NCBI GenBank assembly: GCA_028821455.1
Contig: JAPPGE010000022.1
Location: forward strand, 26,201 to 90,200
Direction: 5' to 3'
Source of the DNA: a bacterium
GTDB taxonomy: Bacteria > Pseudomonadota > Alphaproteobacteria > SP197
Length of the DNA: 64,000 nt
Shown here: piece by piece, positions 46,454-57,378 of the stretch
How positions within the stretch are numbered: the first letter of the stretch is position 1
Layout: each line of letters opens with the position of its first letter
Notes under the pieces: generated by a model
What the model was told of the DNA's origin: nothing
Databases searched by the model: none
Seen by the model: only the letters and a program-made list of their open reading frames with translations
Translations under genes and position numbers: made by a program

Positions 46454-47043
46454 AGCTCGCCCTTCTCAGACATGCGCCGACAACGTGGAACGAGGAAGGC
46501 CGGCTCCAGGGGCTGAGCGACATACACCTCTCGCGGGCAGGCAGGGCCGCGGCCAGGGGCTGGCGGCTGCCTGATCGCCTGTACGGCTGGCGGCGGATTT
46601 CCAGTCCGTTGCTGAGAGCGCTGGAAACGGCCGCGCTGACGGGACTGCAAGATCCAGAGATCGACCCGCGACTGCGCGAAATGGACTGGGGAAACTGGGA
46701 GGGTCAGACACTCGACAGCCTGCGTCATGCCGATCCAACGGCCATGGCCACCAACGAGGCAGCGGGCCTCGATTTTCGCCCCCCTGACGGCGAAAGCCCC
46801 CGGGAGGTCCGCAGCCGACTTCTCGATCTTGTTCGGGATCTTGGCGCAGACGGCCGCGACACGGTCGCCGTGACGCACCGCGGCGTAATGCGCGCCGCCC
46901 TCTCGGCGGCCACAGGCTGGGATTTCACAGGCGCACCACCGGTCAGGATGCCGCGGTACGGACTGCTGATGCTCACCATGGACGACAACGCGGCTCTCTT
47001 TCCCGACGATCCCCCGGTCATCGCGACAGGAGGGGGTAGATGA
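46450..47043 (+). CDS. Histidine phosphatase (PGM-like) family protein
   Basis: ALLRHAPTTWN is the RHG-like phosphohistidine motif. GTGA overlap with the upstream glycosyltransferase. Confidence 0.75.
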   Translation: MKLALLRHAPTTWNEEGRLQGLSDIHLSRAGRAAARGWRLPDRLYGWRRISSPLLRALETAALTGLQDPEIDPRLREMDWGNWEGQTLDSLRHADPTAMATNEAAGLDFRPPDGESPREVRSRLLDLVRDLGADGRDTVAVTHRGVMRAALSAATGWDFTGAPPVRMPRYGLLMLTMDDNAALFPDDPPVIATGGGR

Positions 47044-48170
47044 AGGGACCGGTTCTCTTCTGGGTTCAGCACCTTCTGGGGAGTGGTCATCTCAGGCGCG
47101 TGGCGCGCATCGCAACGGCATTGGCCGAGAGCGGTACCGCGTCGGTGATCGCGTCGGGAGGCATGCCTGTGGCGACCCTCGATACGGGAAGGGCCCGTCT
47201 CGTCCAGTTGCCTGCGATCCGTGCCGGCGATGAAGGATTCTCGACGCTGGTTGACGATGCCGGGCGGCGGGTGGACGAGGCCTGTTTCGACGAGCGCCGT
47301 CGACGCCTCGAAGATCTGGTCCGCCAACTGGATGCGCGTCTTGTCGTGACCGAGACCTGGCCGTTTGGCCGGCGCAAGTTCACACCGGAAGTGCTGGCCC
47401 TCATCGCTGCCGCCCGTCGCAATCGTCCCGGCACAGTGGTGGTCAGTTCGGTACGGGACATTCTGCAACGCCCGTCAAGACCCGAACGCCACGACGCGAT
47501 GCGCGACCTGGCGCTGCAGCACTGCAATCATGTGATGGTGCACGGAGTCGAGAGTTTCGTGCCATTCGAAGAGACCTTCCTCCATGCGGGCGCCTTGAAA
47601 CACCTGCTTCACTACACGGGCTATGTTGCCGACATGCCGAAGGCCGTCAGCGACCGTGGTCCCGGGCGGGACGAAGTCGTGGTGTCTGCCGGTGGCGGGG
47701 CCGTCGGAAGAGGACTCTTCGAGGCAGCGATGGCCGCACCACCTTATTCGAAACGGGCCTGCCGGAGCCGATGGCGCCTGCTCGTCGGCGACAGCGGAAT
47801 CGCTCCCTGCGAAGGTCAGCGCATGGTCATCGAATCCAACCGGTCCGACTTCCCCGAACTTCTGCGCCGCTGTGCCGTTTCGGTGTCGCAGGGCGGCTAC
47901 AACACGGTGGTGGAACTCCTTGGCGCCCGCGCCCGAGCCGTCGTGGCGCCATGGTCCGGGGCCGGTGAAACCGAACAGCAGGAGCGGGCGAAGCACCTGC
48001 AGCGTCGCCGGCTGGCCGTGGTTCTCGATGAAGCGGCGCCGACACCCCGGGGGGTGGCCAGGGCTGTCGATGAAGCCTTCGATCTCGAGCCCGGTGACAT
48101 GGCGGACATCAGCCTCGACGGAGCCCGCGAGAGCGCCAGGCTCCTCGATGAATGGCTGCGCCATGGCTGA
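47040..48170 (+). CDS. Glycosyltransferase, GT28-C / MGT-like (GGYNT motif), paralog of 41579..42808
   Basis: VLFWVQHLLGSGHLRRVARIATAL and QGGYNTVVELLGARARAVVAPW. ATGA overlap. Confidence 0.7.
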   Translation: MKGPVLFWVQHLLGSGHLRRVARIATALAESGTASVIASGGMPVATLDTGRARLVQLPAIRAGDEGFSTLVDDAGRRVDEACFDERRRRLEDLVRQLDARLVVTETWPFGRRKFTPEVLALIAAARRNRPGTVVVSSVRDILQRPSRPERHDAMRDLALQHCNHVMVHGVESFVPFEETFLHAGALKHLLHYTGYVADMPKAVSDRGPGRDEVVVSAGGGAVGRGLFEAAMAAPPYSKRACRSRWRLLVGDSGIAPCEGQRMVIESNRSDFPELLRRCAVSVSQGGYNTVVELLGARARAVVAPWSGAGETEQQERAKHLQRRRLAVVLDEAAPTPRGVARAVDEAFDLEPGDMADISLDGARESARLLDEWLRHG

Positions 48171-48939
48171 CTGGACGGCACTGGCGCGGGAGCTCGACAT
48201 GTGGGCGCAATCGGGGCAAACGGCGACGTTCTGGTGGCGTGACGACGATGCCGGCGCCGATGCCGTGAAACTGAAGGAGCTCCTTGATCTGCGGCAGGAT
48301 CTGGGAGTTCCTCTCGCCATGGCCGTGGTGCCGGACTGGCTGACGGCCGACGTCGCTTCACTCATCACCGGGTCGGGCGACATCCATGTGTTGCAGCACG
48401 GCGTCGCCCATGCCGATCACAGCGGGGGCAGGGGGCGCAGAATTGAACTCTGCGCCGGGGCCCTGCCTTCCGGTCTCCGGCAAGCCCTGATACGGTCGCG
48501 CAACGTGCTTCGCACGTCCTTCCCGTCGTCTCTGATCGAGGTCATGGTGCCCCCGTGGAACAGGATCGACGAGGCGGTTCTCTCCATCCTTGCCGGGAGC
48601 GGTTTTCTTGGCCTGTCGATACTCGGTCCACGGCGCGGCGCACGAGAACACGGTCTCGTCGTCAACAACGTTCACATCGACATCATCGACTGGAAGGTCG
48701 GGAGACGGTTTGCCGGCGATGAGGCCTGCCTGGAGGCATCGGTCCGGCATCTCGAAGACCGCCGCCACGGTGTCGTGGACTCCTCGGAAGCCACGGGACT
48801 GATGACCCACCATCTCGTCCACGACACCGCATGCCACGCCTTCATCGACCGGTTCGTCCATACCGTTGCGCGGCATCCGGCGGGCCTCTGGCTTTCCGCC
48901 GGTGCGGTGTTTGGCGCTTCAAGGAGAACGGATCCATGA
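48163..48939 (+). CDS. Polysaccharide deacetylase-like (NodB/CE4-like) protein
   Basis: TFWWRDDDAG...HVLQHGVAHADH. 8-nt overlap with the upstream gene. Confidence 0.65.
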   Translation: MADWTALARELDMWAQSGQTATFWWRDDDAGADAVKLKELLDLRQDLGVPLAMAVVPDWLTADVASLITGSGDIHVLQHGVAHADHSGGRGRRIELCAGALPSGLRQALIRSRNVLRTSFPSSLIEVMVPPWNRIDEAVLSILAGSGFLGLSILGPRRGAREHGLVVNNVHIDIIDWKVGRRFAGDEACLEASVRHLEDRRHGVVDSSEATGLMTHHLVHDTACHAFIDRFVHTVARHPAGLWLSAGAVFGASRRTDP

Positions 48940-49469
48940 AAGAGCCCGGAGTCCTGCGCTATGGCACCCGGAGCATCGCAGCCGACTATGCGCGCGCTGC
49001 GTTCGGTGCGGTGGCGTGTCTGGCGCCGCCGCTGCTTGTGGACGTGACTGCCGTGCTGGCGTGGATCCTGGTGGCGGTGGGGGCGCTGTTCGTGGCCTTC
49101 GGCCTGCGAACCCTGCTGCGCCACCTGACCGTGTACGAGCTCTCACCGGAAGGAATCAGAGCCGCGGGACCGCTTGGCGCCTCTGTCTCCTGGAAGAATA
49201 TGACAGCCGTCAATCTCGCGTATTTCCAGACCCGCCCAAGGCGGAAAGTCATCGTAAAGTCTCCTGGAGGCTGGATGGAGCTCACGCTTCGCGAGGACCG
49301 CCAGACCATCAAGATCGATTCCTCCCTTCAGGGATTCGATGACGTCGTCGGCGAGGCCGCCCGGGTTGCCCGCGAGCGTGGGCTGACGCTCAACCCGGTC
49401 ACCCTTGCCAATCTGGAGGCCATGGGGTTCGTCCACGCGCCGGTAGAAGGGGAGGAGATCTTGTCGTGA
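48936..49469 (+). CDS. Membrane protein, hypothetical (2 TM helices)
   Basis: AAFGAVACLAPPLLVDVTAVLAWILVAVGALFVAFGL. ATGA overlap. Confidence 0.5.
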   Translation: MKEPGVLRYGTRSIAADYARAAFGAVACLAPPLLVDVTAVLAWILVAVGALFVAFGLRTLLRHLTVYELSPEGIRAAGPLGASVSWKNMTAVNLAYFQTRPRRKVIVKSPGGWMELTLREDRQTIKIDSSLQGFDDVVGEAARVARERGLTLNPVTLANLEAMGFVHAPVEGEEILS

Positions 49470-51334
49470 CCCCCCTCATCGAGGTCAGGGATCTCCACAT
49501 CCGCTTCCGGGTCGGCGACGGCACCGTCGAGGCTGTCAAGGGGGCTTCGCTCACCATGTGGCCGGCGCGCACTCTTGCCCTGGTAGGTGAATCGGGCTCC
49601 GGCAAGACCGTGATTTCCCAGGCGATCATGCGCATTCTGCCGCGCGCAGCCGAGATCACGTCTGGCCGCATCCTGTTTCGGGATCCCCACAACCACGATG
49701 GAAGGCCGGTCGACATCGTCTCCCTCGAGGAGAATGGCCGGGCAATGAGAGCCATCCGTGGCGGGCGCATATCGGTGATCTTCCAGGAGCCCATGACGTC
49801 CCTGTCGCCGTTGCACACGGTGGGTGACCAGGTCGGTGAAGCCCTCCATCTCCACCGCCGCTGCTCGAGGGCCGAAGGCCGTGAACTGACCATCGACATG
49901 CTGCGTCTCGCCGGTTTTCCGGATGCGCACGCTGCCTTCAACAGCTACCCCTTCGAACTCTCGGGCGGTCTGCGCCAACGCGCCATGATCGCTATGGCGC
50001 TGGTCTGTCGTCCGGCGTTGCTGATCGCCGATGAACCCACCACCGCTCTCGATGTCACCGTCCAGGCGCAGATCCTCAAGCTGGTGAACGACCTCAAGGC
50101 CGAACTGTCCATGGCGGTGCTGATGATCACCCATGATCTGGGTGTTGTCGCCAACGTCGCCGAGGACATCGTGGTCATGTACCACGGCAGGATCATGGAA
50201 CAGGGCTCCCTCGATGACATCTTCCATCGGGCCCGCCATCCCTATCTCAAGGGGCTGCTAGCGGCGGTGCCACGCTTCGGCCTTCGCCCCGGGGAGCGAC
50301 TGGTTCCGCTGCGCGAGATACCGACGGCGAATATTGCTTCCATGGGCCGGACGGCAGCTCGCGGGATGACCGGCGAAACGCTGCTTTCGGTGAAGGGACT
50401 GACGAAGACATTCACCACCCGCAAGTCCGGACTGCTGTCCCGCGCCAGGACTCCCCACGTTGCGGTCAACGATGTCAGTTTCGAGGTACGGCGCGGCGAA
50501 TGCCTTGGTCTGGTCGGCGAGTCGGGATGCGGCAAGACCACGACAAGCAAGCTCATACTGAAGGCGCTGGAGCCCGATGCGGGAACCATCACCTTCGTTG
50601 ACGACGGCGAGCCGCGGAACGTCTTTGCCCTGAAGGACACGGACCTCTTCGCCTATCGCAGGAAGGTGCAGTTCATCTTCCAGGACCCCTTCGGATCGCT
50701 CAATCCGCGCATGACGGTGTTCGACATCATCGTCGAACCGCTGCTGATTCACGGTGTGGGCAATGCCGAAGAGCGCGCCGACAGGGTCAAGGACCTCATC
50801 AATGTCGTCGGCCTGGATGTCCGGCACCTGCGCCGCTATCCGCACAGTTTTTCCGGCGGGCAACGCCAGCGGATCGGCATCGCCCGGGCCCTTGCCCTCG
50901 AGCCGGAACTGCTGATCTGCGACGAACCGGTCTCCGCTCTCGACGTCTCGATCCAGGCGCAGGTTCTCAACCTGCTGAAGGACCTGCAAAAGGAGATGGG
51001 TCTCACGTACATTTTCATTTCGCACAATCTCGCCGTGGTCGACTACATGGCTGACCGCATTGCCGTGATGTGTGCCGGGCGCCTCGTCGAGCAGGCGAGC
51101 CGCGAAGAACTCTTCGGCAATCCCGTGCATCCCTACACGAAGGCCCTGCTCGCCGCCGTTCCGGAGCCCGACCCTGAACGCCAGCTTGACCTGTCGCTCC
51201 TCATGGAAGGCCGCGCCTCCGTTCCGGCGGAATGGCCCGAGCCCTTCACGGAGACCGGTGGTCTGGGGATCGTTCGCGTCGGAGACAGTCACTGGGTGCG
51301 GGCCACAGCCGCTCCGGGGGATGTCCCGTCTTGA
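49466..51334 (+). CDS. ABC transporter ATP-binding protein with duplicated ATPase domains (fused DppD/DppF-type, peptide/opine family)
   Basis: Two Walker A motifs (GESGSGKT and GESGCGKTT), two LSGG signatures, and oligopeptide C-terminal extensions. GTGA overlap. Confidence 0.9.
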   Translation: MTPLIEVRDLHIRFRVGDGTVEAVKGASLTMWPARTLALVGESGSGKTVISQAIMRILPRAAEITSGRILFRDPHNHDGRPVDIVSLEENGRAMRAIRGGRISVIFQEPMTSLSPLHTVGDQVGEALHLHRRCSRAEGRELTIDMLRLAGFPDAHAAFNSYPFELSGGLRQRAMIAMALVCRPALLIADEPTTALDVTVQAQILKLVNDLKAELSMAVLMITHDLGVVANVAEDIVVMYHGRIMEQGSLDDIFHRARHPYLKGLLAAVPRFGLRPGERLVPLREIPTANIASMGRTAARGMTGETLLSVKGLTKTFTTRKSGLLSRARTPHVAVNDVSFEVRRGECLGLVGESGCGKTTTSKLILKALEPDAGTITFVDDGEPRNVFALKDTDLFAYRRKVQFIFQDPFGSLNPRMTVFDIIVEPLLIHGVGNAEERADRVKDLINVVGLDVRHLRRYPHSFSGGQRQRIGIARALALEPELLICDEPVSALDVSIQAQVLNLLKDLQKEMGLTYIFISHNLAVVDYMADRIAVMCAGRLVEQASREELFGNPVHPYTKALLAAVPEPDPERQLDLSLLMEGRASVPAEWPEPFTETGGLGIVRVGDSHWVRATAAPGDVPS

Positions 51335-53217
51335 GCGGGAGGGTCATCGTGGCGCTCCTTGTGGCGATACTTGCCACGCCGGCCGTCGCCGATGAGGTGC
51401 CCTGGCTCGCGGCGAGGGTTGTTGCCGGTGATCTGCCGCCCCTTGACGAACGTCTGCCTGATGAACCTCTCGTCGTCGATGACGGCCGGGCCATCGGTGA
51501 CTACGGCGGCGACTGGAACATGCTGATCAGCCGCAGCAAGGACACAAGGATCCTTGCCGTTTTCGGTTACGCCCGGCTGATCGGATATGACGGGGCCTTC
51601 ACCCTGGTGCCGGACCTCCTCGACTCCTTCACCGTCGAGGACGGGCGCATCTTCACTTTCCGGTTGCGCCACGGCCACCGATGGTCGGACGGTCATCCCT
51701 TTACCTCCGAGGATTTTCGCTACTGGTGGGAGGACGTCGCGGGCAACCCGGAGCTCTCTCCGTCGGGACCGCCGACGGTCATGCGCGCCGGCGGCGCCCT
51801 GCCTCTCTTCGAAGTCATCAGCGATGAGGTCGTGCGCTACACCTGGCCCGCTCCCAACCCCGATTTCCTGCCGGCGCTGGCCGGCGCAGCGCCCCTCTTC
51901 ATCTACCGCCCGGCCCACTACATGAAGCGGTTCCACGCGGACCATGGTGACGGCGAGGCCATCGAGCGCCAGGCCGCCGAGGTCGGCAAACCCGGCTGGG
52001 CATCGCTCCACAACTCCCTCGACAATCTCTATCGCTTCGACAATCCCGACCTTCCCACCCTGCAGCCATGGGCCATTACCAACGAGGCGCCGGCCCAGCG
52101 GTTCATCGCAGAGCGAAATCCCTTCTTTCACAAGGTGGACGCCCGGGGCCGGCAGCTTCCCTACATCGACCGCGTCGTCATGACCGTTGTCGACAGCAAG
52201 CTCATCCCGCTCAAGACGTGGGCTGGAGAAGCCGACCTTCAGGTGCGGGGGCTTGCCTTCAACGACTACACTTTCCTGAAGGAAGGAGAGGAGCACAACG
52301 ACTACCGGGTGCGGCTGTGGCAGACGGCGAGAGGAAGCCAGCTCGCACTCTATCCCAATCTCAACGTGGCCGATCCGGTGTGGCGCACGGTGCTGCGGGA
52401 CCTTCGCTTCAGGCGGGCCCTTTCGCTGGCCATCAACCGTCATGAGATCAACCAGGTCATCTACTTCGGTCTCGGCATCGAGGGCCAGAACACGGTTCTT
52501 CCCGCATCGCCCCTCTACCGCGCCGAGTTCCGGGATGCCTGGGCCCGGTTCGATCTCGAGGAGGCCAACCGGCTGCTCGACGACATGGGTCTTGCCGTCG
52601 ACGACGGCATGCGCCTGCTTCCCGATGGCAGACCGCTGGAAGTCATCGTCGAGACCGCCGGCGAGAACCCTGAAGAGACCGACATACTCGAACTGATCCA
52701 CGATTCGTGGGCGGCGGCCGGGATCAAGCTCTATCCCAAGCCCCTGCAGCGCGAGGTCCTGCGCAACCGCATATTCGCCGGAAAGACGGTGATGGCCATG
52801 TGGTTCGGCAACGAGAACGGCGTGCCCGTGGCCGACATGAGCCCCGGCGAGTTCGCTCCCACCACCCAGCAACTGCTGATGTGGCCGCGGTGGGGCCAGT
52901 ACCACGAGACCAGTGGTGCCGCCGGAGAGCCGATCGACATGGAAGCGCCGCGCCGCCTCATGGATCTCTATAGCGCCTGGCGCACCAGCCGAACCTCCGA
53001 CGAGCGTCGGGCCATTTGGGAAGAGATGCTGGAGCTCTACTGCGACGGCGTCTATTCCATCGGCCTGGTTGCCGGCATCCTCCAGCCCCTTGCCGTCTCG
53101 AACCGGATGAGGAACGTGCCGGAGGAAGCCATCTACAACTGGGATCCCGGAGCCCAGCTCGGGGTGTGGCAACCCGACACGTTCTTCTTCGTCGATGGCG
53201 ACGACGGCCGGCCATGA
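51331..53217 (+). CDS. ABC substrate-binding protein, family 5 (peptide/nickel/opine)
   Basis: Signal peptide ...LLVAILATPAVADE. Family 5 binding-protein length. TTGA overlap. Confidence 0.85.
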   Translation: MSGRVIVALLVAILATPAVADEVPWLAARVVAGDLPPLDERLPDEPLVVDDGRAIGDYGGDWNMLISRSKDTRILAVFGYARLIGYDGAFTLVPDLLDSFTVEDGRIFTFRLRHGHRWSDGHPFTSEDFRYWWEDVAGNPELSPSGPPTVMRAGGALPLFEVISDEVVRYTWPAPNPDFLPALAGAAPLFIYRPAHYMKRFHADHGDGEAIERQAAEVGKPGWASLHNSLDNLYRFDNPDLPTLQPWAITNEAPAQRFIAERNPFFHKVDARGRQLPYIDRVVMTVVDSKLIPLKTWAGEADLQVRGLAFNDYTFLKEGEEHNDYRVRLWQTARGSQLALYPNLNVADPVWRTVLRDLRFRRALSLAINRHEINQVIYFGLGIEGQNTVLPASPLYRAEFRDAWARFDLEEANRLLDDMGLAVDDGMRLLPDGRPLEVIVETAGENPEETDILELIHDSWAAAGIKLYPKPLQREVLRNRIFAGKTVMAMWFGNENGVPVADMSPGEFAPTTQQLLMWPRWGQYHETSGAAGEPIDMEAPRRLMDLYSAWRTSRTSDERRAIWEEMLELYCDGVYSIGLVAGILQPLAVSNRMRNVPEEAIYNWDPGAQLGVWQPDTFFFVDGDDGRP

Positions 53218-54212
53218 TCGCCTTCACCGTTCACCGCCTCATCATCATGGTGCCGACGCTGATCGGCATTAGCCTCATCACCTTCATCATCATCCAGCTT
53301 CCGCCCGGCGACTTCCTGTCGACCATGATCGCCGAATGCGAGGCCCAGGGTGAATCGGGCTGCATGGAACAGATCGGCATCTACCGCCAGGAGTTCGGCC
53401 TCGACCGGCCCATGTGGCAGCAGTACGTGATCTGGGTCGCCGACCTTGTCCAGGGCGACATGGGAATCAGCTTCGAATACAACAAGCCGGTGGCCGAGGT
53501 CATAGGCGAGAGCCTCTGGCTCACCATCATTGTTTCCGGCGCGACCATCATCTTCACCTGGGTCGTCGCCTTTCCCATCGGAGTCTACTCGGCGACCCAC
53601 CAGTACTCCTGGGGCGATCACGGTCTCACCTTCCTCGGATTTCTGGGTCTGGCCACGCCCAATTTCCTGCTGGCCCTGGTGCTGCTGTTCCTCGGGAACG
53701 TGTGGTTCGGGACGTCGATTGGCGGCCTCATGGACCCCATGTACATCGATCAGCCCTGGACCTGGGGTAAGTTCCTCTCGATCCTGGAACACCTGTGGAT
53801 TCCGGTGGTGGTGATCGGCACGTCCGGTACGGCGGGCATGATCCGCCGCCTGCGCGCCAATCTGCTTGACGAGCTTCACAAGCAGTATGTCGTCACGGCG
53901 AAGGCGAAGGGGCTGCATCCGACGAGAGTGCTTGTCCGCTATCCGCTGCGCATGGCCCTCAATCCGTTCATCGCGGATATCGGCAATCTGCTTCCCCAGG
54001 TCATCTCCGGAGCGGTGATCGTGTCGGTGGTGCTGTCGCTCCCCACCACCGGCCCCATCCTGCTGCGCGCCCTGCAGACCCAGGACATGTATCTCGCCGG
54101 TTCGTTCCTGATGTGCCTGGCGCTGCTCACCGTCCTCGGAGTGCTGGTTTCCGATCTGCTGCTGGCGCTGCTCGATCCACGCATCCGACTGGGCGCCAGC
54201 GGGAACCGGTGA
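53214..54212 (+). CDS. ABC transporter permease (DppB/OppB-like)
   Basis: ATGA overlap; EAA loop KAKGLHPTRVLVRYPLRMALNP. Confidence 0.9.
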   Translation: MIAFTVHRLIIMVPTLIGISLITFIIIQLPPGDFLSTMIAECEAQGESGCMEQIGIYRQEFGLDRPMWQQYVIWVADLVQGDMGISFEYNKPVAEVIGESLWLTIIVSGATIIFTWVVAFPIGVYSATHQYSWGDHGLTFLGFLGLATPNFLLALVLLFLGNVWFGTSIGGLMDPMYIDQPWTWGKFLSILEHLWIPVVVIGTSGTAGMIRRLRANLLDELHKQYVVTAKAKGLHPTRVLVRYPLRMALNPFIADIGNLLPQVISGAVIVSVVLSLPTTGPILLRALQTQDMYLAGSFLMCLALLTVLGVLVSDLLLALLDPRIRLGASGNR

Positions 54213-55375
54213 TGCGCGGCGCACCCGGCCAGTCCGATCACTGGACCGACTCCGGGCCGTGGGATCCTCACGATGTCGACAGGCTGTCGCCGGAACTCGA
54301 GCGCTTCTATCTCGCCAACCAGTGGACGCTGATGTGGTGGAAGTTCCGCCGCCACCGCCTTGCCGTCATCTCCGGCATCATCCTTCTGGCGACGTTCTTT
54401 TCCATCGTCATTTCGGAGATGCTCGCCCCCTACAACCTCCACACGCGCAACACCGACCACATCTACGCGCCTCCGCAAATGGTGCGGCTGTTTCACGAAG
54501 GCCGGTTTGTCGGGCCCTTCGTTTACGGCTACGACTACCACCTCGACATGTCCAACCTGCAGCGGGTCTACACCCCGGACCGGACCAGGATCGAGCGTCT
54601 GCGGTTCTTCTGCCTGGGCGACGCGTACACGTTCTGGGGCATGGTCGAGATGCGCTTTCACGTCGTCTGTCCGGCCGAGGGCGGCACGCTCTTCCTGCTG
54701 GGGACCGACAGGCTGGGACGCGATCTCCTGTCGAGAATCCTCATGGGCGCCAGGATTTCGCTTACCGTGGGCCTCATCGGCATCGCCATCAGCTTTCTCC
54801 TGGGAATCGTCCTGGGCGGCCTTTCGGGCTACTACGGCGGCTGGGTCGACAGCCTTGTCCAGCGCACGATCGAGATCATTCGCAGCTTCCCGGAGTTGCC
54901 TCTGTGGATGGCGTTGTCGGCGGCCCTGCCGATCACCTGGAGTCCGGTCCTGGTCTACTTCGGCATCACCATCATTCTCGGTCTCTTCGACTGGACCGGT
55001 CTGGCGCGGGCGGTCCGTTCGAAACTGCTGGCCCTGCGGGAGGAGGACTTTGCCACGGCCGCGGTACTCATGGGTGCGAAACCGTCACGGGTCATCTTCC
55101 GTCACCTGCTTCCCGGCTTCACCAGCCATCTCATTGCCTCGGCAACCCTGTCGGTTCCCGGCATGATCCTCGGCGAGACGGCGCTCTCCTTCCTGGGTCT
55201 GGGTCTGAGGCCACCGATCACGAGCTGGGGTGTTCTCCTGAACGAGGCCCAGAACATCAATATCGTGGCGCTCTACCCCTGGCTCATGCTTCCCGTCGTT
55301 CCCGTCATCATCGTCGTTCTCGCCTTCAACTTTCTCGGCGACGGATTGCGCGACGCCGCCGATCCCTACCGGTAG
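54212..55375 (+). CDS. ABC transporter permease (DppC/OppC-like)
   Basis: TGATG overlap; EAA loop; N-terminal extension typical of OppC. Confidence 0.9.
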   Translation: MRGAPGQSDHWTDSGPWDPHDVDRLSPELERFYLANQWTLMWWKFRRHRLAVISGIILLATFFSIVISEMLAPYNLHTRNTDHIYAPPQMVRLFHEGRFVGPFVYGYDYHLDMSNLQRVYTPDRTRIERLRFFCLGDAYTFWGMVEMRFHVVCPAEGGTLFLLGTDRLGRDLLSRILMGARISLTVGLIGIAISFLLGIVLGGLSGYYGGWVDSLVQRTIEIIRSFPELPLWMALSAALPITWSPVLVYFGITIILGLFDWTGLARAVRSKLLALREEDFATAAVLMGAKPSRVIFRHLLPGFTSHLIASATLSVPGMILGETALSFLGLGLRPPITSWGVLLNEAQNINIVALYPWLMLPVVPVIIVVLAFNFLGDGLRDAADPYR

Positions 55376-56500
55376 TCAGCCATCAAGGCGGTATTCGCTG
55401 AACGTGATCGGGCCGGCATAGGGTGCTCGGGCAACGCGCATGACGCGCTCCGTCGTGTCCATGATCACAGTGGCAACGGTTGAAGAGGGCTCCGTGTCTC
55501 CCTGGCTGTCCGCACCGGGGGAGGCGAGGACGGCCGAAGGCGCGCCCCACGTATCGGCAAAGGCCTCCTCCATGTCGGCAGAGGTGATGTGGCCAAGGCT
55601 CTGGCCGAGGCGCCGTTCCACCCGGCTGTCGCGGTAGATCGAACTGGGCGCCTGGGCAAGGCCCGTATCAATCACCCGGGCCCGCGCCGCGGCGCTGCGG
55701 AAATGATTGGCGTGAACCAGGAGCCCGCGCCCGGGCTTCTCCCAGAAGACCTCTTGCGGTGTCGTCTCGAGGTCCACGGCCTCGCCTGCCGCATCGGAAA
55801 TCATCAGGTTGACGGGGAAGGAGCGTTTTGCATTGAGAACGCAGCCCACGGCCACCGCGAGCCCGGCCGATTCAAGAACCCGGCGGCGGATGAAGGGGAC
55901 CGGCACGGCGTCTTTCGGAGGAGATCCGGGGCAGGCCAGGAAATTGCCGGTGACGGCGATCCCGTGGCTGTTCATGCCGGCGCGGGCGACGATTCCCGCC
56001 TCCACGAAGATCAGCAGCCGCAGGCCGTCCTCGCGTTCGATGCGCATGACCACGGCCGTGTCCTTGCAGGCGTCGAACCAGTCCCAGTTCTGACCGTGGA
56101 GGAGGTGACCGTTGGCCGTTGCCTCCGGCAGAGCGATGGCGCCGGTGCAGCCATCGGGACCGGAGATGCCGCCGATGTCATGAATGAGTTCGGTCCGGGC
56201 ATTGAGGGCGACAATGTCACCGATCGCCCGCTCCGCCCCCGAGGCGATACCGCGCATTTCCTCGACAAGGGCCGAATCGAAGGCCTCGAGACGCGGCAGG
56301 TATTGCATGGCGATGCGGCGGACATCCTCCCAGTCGGGGTCAAGGAGCCGGTCGTAGAGGGCAATGCTCCTCGCGATCCTCTCGCCGCCCTGGCGCCCGA
56401 TCGCCACCCCGCGCTCGAACGGTGGTCCCGCCGCCTCGATGAGAGGAAAGGCCTCCGTCACGGCGCCCGCATGTCCCGATGGTTCGTCATGATTCGGCAC
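55376..56500 (-). CDS. Peptidase C45 family (acyl-CoA:6-APA acyltransferase-like Ntn hydrolase)
   Basis: GPDGCTGAIALP: Cys nucleophile after Gly, as in C45 autoproteolytic enzymes. Confidence 0.75.
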   Translation of the reverse strand: MPNHDEPSGHAGAVTEAFPLIEAAGPPFERGVAIGRQGGERIARSIALYDRLLDPDWEDVRRIAMQYLPRLEAFDSALVEEMRGIASGAERAIGDIVALNARTELIHDIGGISGPDGCTGAIALPEATANGHLLHGQNWDWFDACKDTAVVMRIEREDGLRLLIFVEAGIVARAGMNSHGIAVTGNFLACPGSPPKDAVPVPFIRRRVLESAGLAVAVGCVLNAKRSFPVNLMISDAAGEAVDLETTPQEVFWEKPGRGLLVHANHFRSAAARARVIDTGLAQAPSSIYRDSRVERRLGQSLGHITSADMEEAFADTWGAPSAVLASPGADSQGDTEPSSTVATVIMDTTERVMRVARAPYAGPITFSEYRLDG

Positions 56501-56781
56501 CTCCTGAAGGTCGTTCCATACTATCGCGGGGACAAGGACGGTTCCATGGACATGCAGCGTCCGCGGGTAGCATTCCGGGGTTCTGCTGAACGCGAGAGAC
56601 GTTGACCGCCAGGATCACCCGTCATCCCTCGAGCAACAGCATTGAGTCGAGGCGATCCCTGTCTCGTCGCCGTCTCCGAAGGACAGGCTGCCAGCAAGGC
56701 GGAGGTCCATCTGCAATTGCCGAAGGAGCGCGAGGCTGTACAGTCGCGTGACCGAAGTCATCCTCCCTTGCAAGTCGTTCA

Positions 56782-57378
56782 ATGGAGATCATCATGTCTG
56801 AGCGGGAAATTGCCGAACTCGAACGGGAAATCTTCGATCTCACGGCAAAGCTGAACAGGTTGCGCAAGGCGGCAGAGCCGAAGCCGGTGCCGGACTACCG
56901 CTTCGCGACCCTGAGTGGTGATGTCACGCTGCTCGAACTCTTCGCAGACAGACGACACCTGCTTGCCATCCACAATATGGGCCAGGGATGCCGCTTCTGC
57001 ACCCTGTGGGCGGACGGCTTCAACGGCGTTCTGGCACACCTGGAATCCGTCATGTCCGTGGTTCTGCTGTCGCGGGATCCACCCCGCCTCCAGCGAGACT
57101 TCGCCAACTCCAGGAACTGGCGCTTCCGTCTCGCTTCTCACGGCGGCGGATCCTACATCCGCGAGCAGACCGTGATGAAGGGTGGGGACAACATGCCAGG
57201 GGCGGTCCTCTACGAGCGCTCAGGCAACCGGGTGCTGCGCAGGAACAGCGTTGTTTTCGGCCCCGGTGACCTCTACTGCTCGATGTGGAACCTGCTGGCA
57301 CTCGCCGGCATGGACGAAGACGACTGGACACCCCAGTTTCGATACTGGACTCCGCCTGCCAAGCTGGATGACGAGTAG
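56782..57378 (+). CDS. DUF899 thioredoxin-like family protein
   Basis: MSEREIAELEREIFDLTAKLNRLRK...GQGCRFCTLWADGFNG: CxxC in a Trx-like fold. Confidence 0.65.
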   Translation: MEIIMSEREIAELEREIFDLTAKLNRLRKAAEPKPVPDYRFATLSGDVTLLELFADRRHLLAIHNMGQGCRFCTLWADGFNGVLAHLESVMSVVLLSRDPPRLQRDFANSRNWRFRLASHGGGSYIREQTVMKGGDNMPGAVLYERSGNRVLRRNSVVFGPGDLYCSMWNLLALAGMDEDDWTPQFRYWTPPAKLDDE

